A DNA stretch of 64,000 nt from an uncultured Flavobacteriaceae bacterium (GTDB lineage: Bacteria; Bacteroidota; Bacteroidia; Flavobacteriales; Flavobacteriaceae): NCBI GenBank assembly GCA_943842625.1, contig CALTCK010000014.1:32449-96448 (forward strand), written 5' to 3'. Position numbers and translations under genes: made by a program. The notes under the pieces are model-generated. The model was not told the origin of the DNA, made no database searches, and saw only the letters and a list, made by a program, of their open reading frames with translations. This document shows, piece by piece, positions 11,318 through 21,352 of this stretch; positions within the stretch are counted from its first letter, which is position 1, and every line of letters begins with the position of its first letter.

Positions 11318-11509
11318 CTATTGTACTTCTCTTTTAGTTAGTTCAGTCGCAATTCTCGCGATAGCTCTTCTTTGCTCTCTTAATTGAATTGGATTTTCCA
11401 ACGGTGTAATAGCATGTGCCATTTTAAGATCAGAAAAAGCTTTTCTTGAATCAGAAAGTTTTTCCTGCAATTCCGCTGTTGATGCTTCTTTTATTTCAGA
11501 TTGTTTCAT
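11318..11509 (-). CDS. rpmC: 50S ribosomal protein L29
   Basis: LENPIQLREQRRAIARIATEL; operon position. Confidence 0.97.
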   Translation of the reverse strand: MKQSEIKEASTAELQEKLSDSRKAFSDLKMAHAITPLENPIQLREQRRAIARIATELTKREVQ

Positions 11510-11515
11510 AATAAA

Positions 11516-11935
11516 TTAAGCTTGAAATGTTCTAGATACAATAAATTTTGTTTTTACCGGTAGCTTTTGAGCTGCAAGACGCAATGCCTCTTTTGCAGTT
11601 TCAATTGGCACACCAGAAACTTCAAACAAAATTCTTCCTGGTTTGACAACAGCCGCCCAATACTCAACACCACCTTTACCTTTACCCATACGTACTTCAA
11701 GAGGCTTTTTAGTTATTGGCTTATCTGGAAAAATCATAATCCAGATAGAACCCTCTCTCTTCATAAAACGAGTTGCAGCAATACGTGCAGCTTCAATTTG
11801 ACGCGATGTCAAAAAATTTGAATCTAAAGATTTTATACCAAAAGTTCCAAAAGCTAATTGGTTTCCACGTCCAGCGTTGCCTTTCATTCTACCTTTTTGC
11901 TGCTTACGAAACTTCGTTCTTTTTGGTTGTAACAT
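11516..11935 (-). CDS. rplP: 50S ribosomal protein L16
   Basis: [24 protein letters not shown]. Confidence 0.99.
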   Translation of the reverse strand: MLQPKRTKFRKQQKGRMKGNAGRGNQLAFGTFGIKSLDSNFLTSRQIEAARIAATRFMKREGSIWIMIFPDKPITKKPLEVRMGKGKGGVEYWAAVVKPGRILFEVSGVPIETAKEALRLAAQKLPVKTKFIVSRTFQA

Positions 11936-11951
11936 TATATTCTATTTAAAA

Positions 11952-12674
11952 TTACTTTCTACGACGTGATTTGTTAGCACCACCTCGTTTGTTGTTACCG
12001 CCTTTTCCACCTTTTTTGGATAATCCTACTAGGGGAGAAAGCTCTCTTTTTCCGTACACTTCACCTTTCATAATCCATACTTTAACACCTAATCTACCAT
12101 AAGTAGTGTGTGCCTCAACTAAAGCATAATCTATATCGGCTCTAAATGTTGATAAAGGAATACGTCCATCTTTGTATGATTCAGACCGTGCCATTTCAGC
12201 ACCATTTAAACGTCCTGAAATCTGAACTTTAATACCTTCTGCGTTCATGCGCATTGCAGCAGTGATTGCCATTTTAATTGCACGACGGTATGAAATTCTG
12301 TTTTCAATTTGTCTTGCAATACTAGCTCCTACTAGATGAGCGTCCATTTCAGGTCTCTTAATCTCATGGATGTTGATCTGTACATCTTTACCAGTAATTT
12401 TCTTAAGCTCTTCTTTTAGCTTGTCTACCTCTTGACCACCTTTCCCAATAATGATACCAGGCCTAGCGGTTGTGATAGTAACGGTTACAAGCTTAAGGGT
12501 ACGCTCAATAATTACCCTAGACACACTAGCTTTTTGCAAACGAGCATGAACATATTTTCTAATCTTGTCGTCCTCAGCTAATTTATCGCCGTAGTCGTTG
12601 CCTCCGTACCAGTTGGATTCCCATCCTCTAATGATACCTAAGCGATTTCCGATTGGATTTGTTTTCTGTCCCAT
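11952..12674 (-). CDS. rpsC: 30S ribosomal protein S3
   Basis: [34 protein letters not shown]. Confidence 0.99.
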   Translation of the reverse strand: MGQKTNPIGNRLGIIRGWESNWYGGNDYGDKLAEDDKIRKYVHARLQKASVSRVIIERTLKLVTVTITTARPGIIIGKGGQEVDKLKEELKKITGKDVQINIHEIKRPEMDAHLVGASIARQIENRISYRRAIKMAITAAMRMNAEGIKVQISGRLNGAEMARSESYKDGRIPLSTFRADIDYALVEAHTTYGRLGVKVWIMKGEVYGKRELSPLVGLSKKGGKGGNNKRGGANKSRRRK

Positions 12675-12677
12675 TTA

Positions 12678-13088
12678 TTAATTGCTTTGTGTGTTATCGT
12701 TAGCTGCAAGCACGAGAGTTACGTGATTGGAGCGTTTTCTTATTCTGTGTGCTCTTCCTTGTGGTGCAGGTCTAAGTCTTTTTAACATAGCACCTCCATC
12801 AACACGGATTTCTTTTACAAAAAGATCAGCATCTTCGACTGAAGCGTCTTCATTTTTAGCTTGCCAGTTTGCAATGGCAGACAATAATAACGTCTCAATA
12901 CGACGAGATGCTTCCTTCGGGCTAAACTTTAATATGTTAAGCGCTTTATCTATTTTTTCACCACGAACTAAATCTGCGATTAGACGCATCTTCCTTGGTG
13001 ACGTTGGGCAATTATTCAATTTAGCGAAATACATATTTTTTTTCGCCTCCTTGATTTGCTCTGCTCTTTCTCTTTTACGAACTCCCAT
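12678..13088 (-). CDS. rplV: 50S ribosomal protein L22
   Basis: [30 protein letters not shown]. Confidence 0.99.
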   Translation of the reverse strand: MGVRKRERAEQIKEAKKNMYFAKLNNCPTSPRKMRLIADLVRGEKIDKALNILKFSPKEASRRIETLLLSAIANWQAKNEDASVEDADLFVKEIRVDGGAMLKRLRPAPQGRAHRIRKRSNHVTLVLAANDNTQSN

Positions 13089-13091
13089 GGC

Positions 13092-13370
13092 TTACTTTTT
13101 ACCTTTGTTTTTTGCACCTGCGTGACCACGGAATGATCTTGTTGGTGAAAATTCTCCTAATTTATGTCCTACCATATTTTCAGTAACATAAACAGGAATA
13201 AATTGTTTTCCGTTATGTACCGCAATGGTTTGTCCAACAAAGTCGGGAGTAATCATAGATGCTCTAGACCAAGTCTTAATTACAGTCTTCTTACTCGACG
13301 CAACATTTTGCTGAACTTTTTTATCTAATTTGTAGTGAACGTAAGGTCCCTTTTTTAACGATCGTGCCAT
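13092..13370 (-). CDS. rpsS: 30S ribosomal protein S19
   Basis: [28 protein letters not shown]. Confidence 0.99.
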   Translation of the reverse strand: MARSLKKGPYVHYKLDKKVQQNVASSKKTVIKTWSRASMITPDFVGQTIAVHNGKQFIPVYVTENMVGHKLGEFSPTRSFRGHAGAKNKGKK

Positions 13371-13373
13371 ATC

Positions 13374-14198
13374 TTATTTCTTTCTACGTTCGATTATATA
13401 TTTATTACTAGCTTTTGTTTTAGAACGTGTTCTAAATCCTTTTGCAGGAATTCCATTTCTAGAACGAGGATGTCCACCGGATGATTTTCCTTCACCACCA
13501 CCCATTGGATGATCAACTGGATTCATAACAACAGGTCTTGTACGAGGTCTTCTACCTAACCATCTTGTTCTACCGGCTTTACCAGAAACTAACAGTTGAT
13601 GATCACTATTAGAAACTGCTCCAATTGTCGCGGAACAAGTAATTAAGATCAAACGGGTTTCACCAGATGGTAATTTTACTGTTGCAAACTTACCATCACG
13701 AGCCATTAACTGTGCGAATGCCCCAGCACTACGTGCTAAAACAGCTCCTTGACCTGGATGTAATTCAATACAAGAAATGATTGTTCCTAGTGGAATATTT
13801 TCTAAAAGCATACAATTTCCTATTTCTGGAGCTACTTTTTCTCCGGATACAATGTTTTGTCCGACTTTTAATCCACTTTGAGCAATAACATAACGCTTTT
13901 CACCATCTTGATAATTCAATAATGCGATAAAAGATGTACGATTTGGATCGTACTCAATTGTCGCTACGGTAGCTGGTACTCCTGGCTTATTTCGCTTAAA
14001 ATCAATGATTCGATAGCGTCTCTTGTGACCACCACCCTTGTAGCGCATGGTCATTTTTCCTTGACTGTTTCTTCCCCCAGTTCTTTTAATCGGAGCTAAT
14101 AAACTTTTCTCCGGCTTATCAGTTGTAATGGCGTCAAATCCATTTACAACTCTAAATCGCTGTCCTGGGGTGATTGGTTTTAATTTTCTTACTGACAT
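13374..14198 (-). CDS. rplB: 50S ribosomal protein L2
   Basis: [20 protein letters not shown]. Confidence 0.99.
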   Translation of the reverse strand: MSVRKLKPITPGQRFRVVNGFDAITTDKPEKSLLAPIKRTGGRNSQGKMTMRYKGGGHKRRYRIIDFKRNKPGVPATVATIEYDPNRTSFIALLNYQDGEKRYVIAQSGLKVGQNIVSGEKVAPEIGNCMLLENIPLGTIISCIELHPGQGAVLARSAGAFAQLMARDGKFATVKLPSGETRLILITCSATIGAVSNSDHQLLVSGKAGRTRWLGRRPRTRPVVMNPVDHPMGGGEGKSSGGHPRSRNGIPAKGFRTRSKTKASNKYIIERRKK

Positions 14199-14223
14199 TT
14201 TTGTCTAATTTATCTAAGTTATC

Positions 14224-14514
14224 TTAGATGTTACTGTAAAAATCTATTGTATCACCTTCCGCCAACTGTACTATTGCTTTTTTAACAGCATTAGTTTTAC
14301 CAGTTTGAATACCCGTCTTTGTATAACGAGTGTTTCTATCTGGGCGGACATTTATAGTACGAACTTTAGTAACTGAAACATCATAGGCAGCTTCCACCGC
14401 TTTTTTTATTTCTACCTTATTCGCCTTTGGATTTACTACAAAACCATATCTGTTAAATTCTTCAACATCGGTTGTAGCTTTTTCTGTTATTATAGGTTTA
14501 ATTAAGATATTCAT
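14224..14514 (-). CDS. rplW: 50S ribosomal protein L23
   Basis: KPIITEKA, ANKVEIKKAVE, KKAIVQL. Confidence 0.98.
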   Translation of the reverse strand: MNILIKPIITEKATTDVEEFNRYGFVVNPKANKVEIKKAVEAAYDVSVTKVRTINVRPDRNTRYTKTGIQTGKTNAVKKAIVQLAEGDTIDFYSNI

Positions 14515-14519
14515 TATTT

Positions 14520-15149
14520 CTAATTACTTAAGTTTGACTCTATTCCTTCCAATGAACCTTCAAGCAACACTAGGCTGTTTGCATTCATTATTTTGTAAGT
14601 ACTTAAGTGGGAGTTAGTTACCACCTCAGTGCTTTTCAAATTACGAGACGACAAATATATATTATTATTTGACTCTCCCAACACAAATAAAGATTTTTTA
14701 GTCTCTAAGCCTAAAGACTTTAATACAGCGGTGAATTCTTTGGTTTTTGGAGTATCAAAATTTAGATCTTCTAAAACTACAATTGCTTTGTCGTTTGCTT
14801 TCATACTTAATGCTGAACGACGAGCTAATCTTTTCAAATTCTTATTTAATTTGAAAGAATAGTTTCTTGGTCTTGGACCAAACATTCTTCCACCACCTCT
14901 AAAAACACCAGACTTGATACTACCCGCACGAGCTGTACCAGTTCCTTTTTGTTTCTTTATTTTTCTTGTGCTACCAACAATTTCAGCGCGCTCTTTTGAT
15001 TTGTGCGTACCTTGTCTTTGATTGGCAAGATATTGCTTAACATCAAGATAAACAGCGTGATTGTTAGGTTCAATTCCATACACATTCTTAGAGAGGTCTA
15101 CCTTTCTACCTGTGTCTTTTCCGTTTTTGTCTAATACTGCTACCTTCAT
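14520..15149 (-). CDS. rplD: 50S ribosomal protein L4
   Basis: RQGTHKSKER, KQKGTGTARAGS, RGGGRMFGPRPR. Confidence 0.99.
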   Translation of the reverse strand: MKVAVLDKNGKDTGRKVDLSKNVYGIEPNNHAVYLDVKQYLANQRQGTHKSKERAEIVGSTRKIKKQKGTGTARAGSIKSGVFRGGGRMFGPRPRNYSFKLNKNLKRLARRSALSMKANDKAIVVLEDLNFDTPKTKEFTAVLKSLGLETKKSLFVLGESNNNIYLSSRNLKSTEVVTNSHLSTYKIMNANSLVLLEGSLEGIESNLSN

Positions 15150-15760
15150 TATTTCTGAATAGTTACATAAGCGTTTTTAGCTCCAGGAATACACCCTTTA
15201 ACTACAAGCAAGTTCTTTTCAGAAACTACTTTCAACACTCTTAGGTTTTGTACTTTTACTTTTTCATTACCCATTTGACCAGCCATACGCATACCCTTGA
15301 AAACTCTAGCAGGGTATGAAGCTGCACCAATTGATCCAGGAGCTCTTAATCGGTTATGTTGACCGTGAGTTGCTTGACCAACACCGGCAAAACCATGACG
15401 TTTTACAACACCTTGAAATCCTTTTCCTTTTGAAGTACCTGCAACATCTACAAATTCTCCTTCAATAAAATGCTCCACTGTTATAGTGTCGCCTAAACTG
15501 TAATCCTCTTCAAATCCTTGAAACTCGACAACCTTGCGCTTTACAACAGATCCTGCTTTTTTAGCATGCCCTTGAGCAGCTTTAGTAGCAGTCTTTTTGT
15601 CATCGAAACCAAGTTGAAGAGCTTCGTACCCGTCAGCTTCTTTAGTTCTGACTTGGGTAACAACACAGGGACCTACTTCAATAACGGTACATGGAATGTT
15701 TTTTCCATTTTCGTCAAAGATGCTGGTCATACCTATCTTTTTTCCAATTAACCCAGACAT
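15149..15760 (-). CDS. rplC: 50S ribosomal protein L3
   Basis: [29 protein letters not shown]. Confidence 0.99.
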   Translation of the reverse strand: MSGLIGKKIGMTSIFDENGKNIPCTVIEVGPCVVTQVRTKEADGYEALQLGFDDKKTATKAAQGHAKKAGSVVKRKVVEFQGFEEDYSLGDTITVEHFIEGEFVDVAGTSKGKGFQGVVKRHGFAGVGQATHGQHNRLRAPGSIGAASYPARVFKGMRMAGQMGNEKVKVQNLRVLKVVSEKNLLVVKGCIPGAKNAYVTIQK

Positions 15761-15811
15761 ATTTATTATTTATTTATTATTAATTTATTATTATCTTATG
15801 AAACCTAATCC

Positions 15812-15843
15812 AAAAAAACAGGGTCAAAATAAATTCAACCCTG
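15812..15843 (-). terminator. intra-operon intrinsic terminator (probable attenuator) between rpsJ and rplC
   Basis: mRNA CAGGGUUGAA-UUUAU-UUUGACCCUG followed by U7. Confidence 0.75.
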
Positions 15844-15942
15844 AATATTATTTTGTTTCCGTTTTTCTTTTGCCTTCAAGCTCCAGACATGTTTTAAGCA
15901 CTATGGTTAATAGGTAAATTTATAAAAAATCACCTATTAAAC

Positions 15943-16248
15943 TTAAACTTTAATTTCTACTTCTACACCACTTGGCAATTCCAGCTTCATCAAAGCATCG
16001 ATTGTTTTAGACGATGAACTGTAGATATCTAAAAGTCTTTTGTAAGAACTTAATTGAAATTGTTCTCTACTCTTTTTATTTACATGCGGTGAACGCAATA
16101 CTGTAAATATTTTTTTATGAGTTGGTAATGGGATTGGTCCCGTTACAACTGCTCCTGTACTTTTTACAGTTTTAACGATTTTTTCAGCAGATTTGTCCAC
16201 TAAGTTATGATCGTAAGATTTTAGCTTTATTCTAATTTTTTGACTCAT
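15943..16248 (-). CDS. rpsJ: 30S ribosomal protein S10
   Basis: True start [14 protein letters not shown] at 16248; [20 protein letters not shown]. Confidence 0.99.
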   Translation of the reverse strand: MSQKIRIKLKSYDHNLVDKSAEKIVKTVKSTGAVVTGPIPLPTHKKIFTVLRSPHVNKKSREQFQLSSYKRLLDIYSSSSKTIDALMKLELPSGVEVEIKV

Positions 16249-16258
16249 TGCCTTATTA

Positions 16259-18391
16259 TTAAGCGTTAACAGTTCCTCTTGCTGCTGCAATTACTTCTTC
16301 AGATATATTAGAAGGAGTCTCTGCATAATGTGAAAATTCCATAGTTGAAGTTGCTCTACCAGATGATAAAGTTCTTAAAGTGGTTACATATCCAAACATT
16401 TCGGATAAAGGAACTGTAGCTTTAATTACCTTAGAACCTGAACGATCGCCCATATCGCTTAATTGACCACGACGACGGTTAAGATCTCCAACAATATCTC
16501 CCATATTTTCTTCAGGAGTTAGTACTTCTAACTTCATAATCGGCTCTAATATTACAGCACCTGCTTTTTTTGCTGCCGATTTAAAACCTAGTTTTGCAGC
16601 TAACTCAAATGATAATTGATCAGAATCCACATCGTGGTAAGACCCATCCTTTAAAGTTACCTTCATACTATCTACTTCAAATCCAGCTAAAGGTCCATTA
16701 ACCATAGCCATTTTAAATCCTTTTTCAACAGAAGGAATAAATTCTTTAGGAATGTTACCTCCTTTAATTTGATTAACAAACTCTAAACCGGTTTTACCTT
16801 CTTCAGCTGGTTCTAATGTAAATACAATATCACCAAACTTACCACGACCACCAGACTGCTTTTTGTATGTTTCTCTGTGATCGGCAAGACGTGTAATTGT
16901 TTCTTTGTATTCAACCTGGGGTTTACCTTGGTTTACTTCTACTTTGAATTCACGTTTTAAGCGATCTACAATAATATCTAAATGAAGTTCACCCATACCC
17001 GAGATTATAGTTTGGCCTGAAGCTTCGTCTGTTCTAACTGTAAATGTTGGATCTTCTTCTGCTAGTTTAGCTAAAGCCATACCTAACTTATCAACATCAG
17101 CTTTGGTTTTAGGTTCCACAGCAATACCAATTACTGGATCTGGAAAATCCATACTTTCTAAAACTATCGGATGCTTTTCATCAGATAAAGTGTCTCCAGT
17201 TTTAATACTCTTAAAACCTACAGCAGCTCCGATATCTCCAGCCTCAATATAATCGATTGCGTTTTGCTTATTGGCATGCATTTGGTATATACGTGAAATA
17301 CGTTCTTTCTTACCAGAACGGTTATTTAACACATAAGATCCTGCATCTAATCTTCCTGAATAAGCACGGAAAAAAGCTAATCTACCTACGAACGGATCAG
17401 TTGCAATTTTAAAAGCTAATGCAGAAAATGGTTCTTTTACATCTGGCTTTCTTAATTCTTCTAATTCGGTATCTGGATTTGTTCCAACAATAGCATCTTT
17501 GTCTATTGGTGAAGGCAAATACCTACAAACTGCATCTAATAAAAATTGAACTCCTTTATTTTTAAACGCAGAGCCACAAATCATAGGAATGATAGCCATA
17601 TCCATTACAGCAGCTCTCAATGCAGCATGCACTTCTTCCTCTGTAATTGAATCTTCATCTTCCATGAATTTTTCTAGTAGATCTTCATCATAAGAAGCAA
17701 CTTCTTCGATAAGTAAAGCTCTATATTTTGCAGCCTCTTCTTTTAAATCATCTGGAATTTCAATTACATCAAAAGTAGCTCCCATGTTTTCATCATGCCA
17801 AACAATTGCACGATTCTTAACAAGGTCTACAATTCCTTTAAAATCCATTTCTTCACCAATTGGAAGAACTATAGGAACCGCATTGGAACCTAACATTTCT
17901 TTCACTTGTTTATTTACATTTAAGAAGTCTGATCCTTGACGATCCATTTTGTTGACGAATCCAATACGAGGAACTTTATAGTTATCAGCCAATCTCCAAT
18001 TAGTTTCGGACTGAGGCTCAACACCGTCAACCGCACTAAATAAGAAAACCAATCCATCAAGTACACGTAAAGAGCGATTTACTTCAACAGTAAAATCTAC
18101 GTGACCCGGTGTATCAATAATATTGAAGTGATACCCTTTTGCATCAGCAGATGGCTTACCATCGGCACTTGGGAATTGCCATGTACAAGTAGTTGCAGCT
18201 GAAGTAATTGTAATACCTCTTTCCTGCTCTTGTTCCATCCAATCCATAGTAGCAGCACCATCATGTACTTCTCCGATCTTGTGACTTACTCCCGTGTAAT
18301 ACAATACACGTTCTGTAGTAGTGGTTTTACCAGCATCAATATGCGCAGCAATTCCTATATTTCTTGTATATTTTAAATCTCTTTGTGCCAT
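16259..18391 (-). CDS. fusA: elongation factor G
   Basis: [21 protein letters not shown]; 710 aa. Confidence 0.99.
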   Translation of the reverse strand: MAQRDLKYTRNIGIAAHIDAGKTTTTERVLYYTGVSHKIGEVHDGAATMDWMEQEQERGITITSAATTCTWQFPSADGKPSADAKGYHFNIIDTPGHVDFTVEVNRSLRVLDGLVFLFSAVDGVEPQSETNWRLADNYKVPRIGFVNKMDRQGSDFLNVNKQVKEMLGSNAVPIVLPIGEEMDFKGIVDLVKNRAIVWHDENMGATFDVIEIPDDLKEEAAKYRALLIEEVASYDEDLLEKFMEDEDSITEEEVHAALRAAVMDMAIIPMICGSAFKNKGVQFLLDAVCRYLPSPIDKDAIVGTNPDTELEELRKPDVKEPFSALAFKIATDPFVGRLAFFRAYSGRLDAGSYVLNNRSGKKERISRIYQMHANKQNAIDYIEAGDIGAAVGFKSIKTGDTLSDEKHPIVLESMDFPDPVIGIAVEPKTKADVDKLGMALAKLAEEDPTFTVRTDEASGQTIISGMGELHLDIIVDRLKREFKVEVNQGKPQVEYKETITRLADHRETYKKQSGGRGKFGDIVFTLEPAEEGKTGLEFVNQIKGGNIPKEFIPSVEKGFKMAMVNGPLAGFEVDSMKVTLKDGSYHDVDSDQLSFELAAKLGFKSAAKKAGAVILEPIMKLEVLTPEENMGDIVGDLNRRRGQLSDMGDRSGSKVIKATVPLSEMFGYVTTLRTLSSGRATSTMEFSHYAETPSNISEEVIAAARGTVNA

Positions 18392-18394
18392 TCC

Positions 18395-18871
18395 CTAGAA
18401 TCTGAAGTGTGAAAATGCTTTATTCGCTTCTGCCATTTTGTGGGTATCCACACGTTTTTTAACAGCAGCTCCTTCTTCTTTCGCAGCAGCTAAAATTTCT
18501 GCAGCTAATTTTTGAGCCATCGATTTCTCGTTTCTTTTTCTAGCAAATAGGATCAACCATTTCATTGCTGTAGAAACTTTTCTATCTGGACGGATTTGTC
18601 TTGGAATTTGAAAAGTTGCCCCTCCAATTCTACGACTTCGTACCTCTACATGAGGCATTACATTAGATAATGCATCTTTCCACAATTCTAATGCAGTTTT
18701 TTCTTCATCTTGATTTTTTTCTTCTACGATTGCTATTGCATCATAAAATACTTTGAAAGCCACCGATTTTTTTCCATCCCACATTAAGTTGTTAACGAAA
18801 CGAGTTACTAACTGGTCGTTAAACTTTGGATCTGGTAAAAGCGGTCTTTTTTTGGCTGCTCTTTTTCTCAT
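18395..18871 (-). CDS. rpsG: 30S ribosomal protein S7
   Basis: [33 protein letters not shown]. Confidence 0.99.
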   Translation of the reverse strand: MRKRAAKKRPLLPDPKFNDQLVTRFVNNLMWDGKKSVAFKVFYDAIAIVEEKNQDEEKTALELWKDALSNVMPHVEVRSRRIGGATFQIPRQIRPDRKVSTAMKWLILFARKRNEKSMAQKLAAEILAAAKEEGAAVKKRVDTHKMAEANKAFSHFRF

Positions 18872-18897
18872 GTCTTCTCTTTAAAATTTTTTAAATT

Positions 18898-19272
18898 TTA
18901 CTTTTTAGGGCGTTTCGCACCGTATTTAGATCTTCGTTGTGTTCTGCCTTCTACACCTGCTGTGTCTAAGGCTCCACGAACGATATGATATCTAACTCCT
19001 GGCAAATCTTTTACCCTTCCACCTCTAACCAATACTATCGAGTGCTCTTGTAGATTATGTCCTTCTCCTGGGATGTACGCATTAACTTCCTTACCATTTG
19101 TTAACCTTACCCTTGCAACTTTACGCATTGCTGAATTTGGTTTTTTTGGCGTAGTCGTATATACACGTGTACAAACCCCTCTTCTTTGAGGACACGAATC
19201 TAAAGCAGCCGATTTACTCTTCTTGGTTATTTTGGCTCTTCCTTTTCGTACTAATTGTGAAATTGTTGGCAT
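18898..19272 (-). CDS. rpsL: 30S ribosomal protein S12
   Basis: [24 protein letters not shown]. Confidence 0.99.
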   Translation of the reverse strand: MPTISQLVRKGRAKITKKSKSAALDSCPQRRGVCTRVYTTTPKKPNSAMRKVARVRLTNGKEVNAYIPGEGHNLQEHSIVLVRGGRVKDLPGVRYHIVRGALDTAGVEGRTQRRSKYGAKRPKK

Positions 19273-19314
19273 ATAAACTTTTTATATAATAAAATACCCT
19301 TTTTTAAGGGTTTG

Positions 19315-19322
19315 CAAATGTA
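19315..19322 (-). promoter_or_regulatory. -7 promoter element (TACATTTG) of the str/S10 operon
   Basis: TAnnTTTG match 42 nt upstream of rpsL, followed by hairpin ACCCUU-AAAA-AAGGGU (19296-19311). Confidence 0.7.
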
Positions 19323-19533
19323 GAAATTATTTTACGTATAAACAACACTGGTAAAATATTTTTTTGTTGTTTTAAAATTTGTGATGAATGTATTGGACAT
19401 TAGCAATACTATAATATTTGAATTGCTTTAAAATTCATTCCACAATTTTTTTTCAAATAACAAAAATAACTTACAAAAAGTATATGATTTAACACAAAGA
19501 GACGTTAGATTTACAGCACAAATTACTTAGTCT

Positions 19534-21231
19534 GTGAAACAAATATTTCGTATTTTTATATACCTTAATATATATACTGCATTTTTTTCGGTATTTACAG
19601 CGCAAACTCTTCGTTTGACAACTAAGTCAAATAACTCGACTTCTCAATACTTAATGGATTCTATAAGTCATGATAAAAAATTTAAAGATTTTAAATCCCT
19701 TCAAAAAGAAACACGTCACATTCTTCAAGTTTTACAGAAGATAGGTTGTCTCGAGAGTCAATTAGAATCAGTTGAAAAATTCAATGACAGCGTATATATA
19801 GCAAGTTATTATATTGGACCAAAATATACCCACATAAAGATATTTTATTCTAATGAAGATTTTATAAAAAAAGAATTGTTACATTATTCTAATGAAATTT
19901 CTGAATCATACTTTATACTTCCTTTTAAAAACCTAGAATACACACTTAATAGCTTAAATATAGATAAAACAAAAAATGGAAATACTTTTGCTAGGGTAAA
20001 CTTAACAAATATCAAACCCTTTGATTCAAAAACTCTAACAGCAAACATCAATGTAAGCAATGGCTCGAAAAGAACTATTGATCAAATTCTTATAAAAGGT
20101 TATAATCAATTCCCAGAGTCGTTCATTAAATACCACGCAGGAATAAAAAAAGGAATGACTTTAGATAATTCAGTGTTGATTGGAAAAAACAATGAGTTAA
20201 ATTCTCTGGGTTTTGTTACCACTACAAAACCTCCTGAAATACTTTTTAAGGAGGATTCAACCAGTGTTTATTTTTATCTTAAAAAACTAAAGAATAATAA
20301 TTTTGACGGAATATTGGGATTCTCATCGGGGGAAGAAAATCAAGGTCTGACTTTAAATGGTTATATAAACTTAGAGCTTAATAATAATTTAAATTATGGA
20401 GAGCAATTTTCACTTAACTACAAATCTGATGGAAATGAGCAACAAAATTTCAGAGTAAGGCTATCCGTTCCTTATATTTTTAAAACCCCTTTAGGTATTG
20501 AAACAGAATTAAAAATATTTAAACGAGATAGTACCTTCCTAACCTCTAACCAATTTGCAAAGATCAATTGTCAAATTAACACCAAATCCAAAGCACATAT
20601 TGGATATAAAAGTTATCAGTCTGACAATCTAAGAAAAGAGAGCCCTGCTAACCTTTTGGTCGAAGATTATAAATCAAAATTTTTGTTAACTGGGTATTCT
20701 TTTACCAAAAGTCAAAATAATATTTTATTTCCAATCAAATCAATGTTTCAAGTAAATTTTGAGATAGGAACAAAAAAGATTAGCTTAACTAAAGAGTCTC
20801 AGTTAAGAGCAGAAACTCTCTTTTATTATATCTTCAATTTAAACTTAAAAAATTCGATTTTATTAAAAAATAACTCACGACTATTGTCTAGCGATAGCTA
20901 CTTGACCAATGAATTATATCAATTTGGCGGCATTAATAGTATTAGGGGATTTAATGAAAATAGCATAGACGCGTCTCTTTACTCAGTTCTCAATACTGAA
21001 TACAGGTATCAATTTAATAATGCTATTTATGTACATAGTATTGTTGATATTGCTTATTTTGAAAATCAAAACATAGCTTTGAAAGAAAAATTATATAGTT
21101 TTGGATTTGGTATTGGCTTGCAAACAACATCAGGGATCATAAAATTTGGTATAGCCAATGGAAACGCTGAAAATCAAGATTTTAATATTACCAACACAAA
21201 AATTCACATTAGTATTACTTCAAGATTTTAA
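19534..21231 (+). CDS. Omp85/BamA-TamA family outer membrane protein (POTRA domains + beta-barrel)
   Basis: Signal peptide, POTRA-like segments, GGINSIRGF loop-6 motif, C-terminal Phe. Confidence 0.8.
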   Translation: MKQIFRIFIYLNIYTAFFSVFTAQTLRLTTKSNNSTSQYLMDSISHDKKFKDFKSLQKETRHILQVLQKIGCLESQLESVEKFNDSVYIASYYIGPKYTHIKIFYSNEDFIKKELLHYSNEISESYFILPFKNLEYTLNSLNIDKTKNGNTFARVNLTNIKPFDSKTLTANINVSNGSKRTIDQILIKGYNQFPESFIKYHAGIKKGMTLDNSVLIGKNNELNSLGFVTTTKPPEILFKEDSTSVYFYLKKLKNNNFDGILGFSSGEENQGLTLNGYINLELNNNLNYGEQFSLNYKSDGNEQQNFRVRLSVPYIFKTPLGIETELKIFKRDSTFLTSNQFAKINCQINTKSKAHIGYKSYQSDNLRKESPANLLVEDYKSKFLLTGYSFTKSQNNILFPIKSMFQVNFEIGTKKISLTKESQLRAETLFYYIFNLNLKNSILLKNNSRLLSSDSYLTNELYQFGGINSIRGFNENSIDASLYSVLNTEYRYQFNNAIYVHSIVDIAYFENQNIALKEKLYSFGFGIGLQTTSGIIKFGIANGNAENQDFNITNTKIHISITSRF

Positions 21232-21352
21232 CAAATTATCAAGAATAGTAGTAGTTTACCGTTAAGAAAAACTAAAATATAAGTTTAAAAAGTTGTGTAA
21301 TTAACTTTTTATTATGATTTTTGTGATTGATCAATTCAAATAAATTATAAAA

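Noticed and set aside
16249-16258. No tuf between fusA and rpsJ; no adk or map next to secY
   Set aside because: Standard Flavobacteriia gene order.
19296-19311. ACCCTT/AAGGGT hairpin in the rpsL leader as a possible S7 operator
   Set aside because: Only a 6-bp stem at the predicted transcript 5' end with no rRNA-like features; more simply a stability hairpin.
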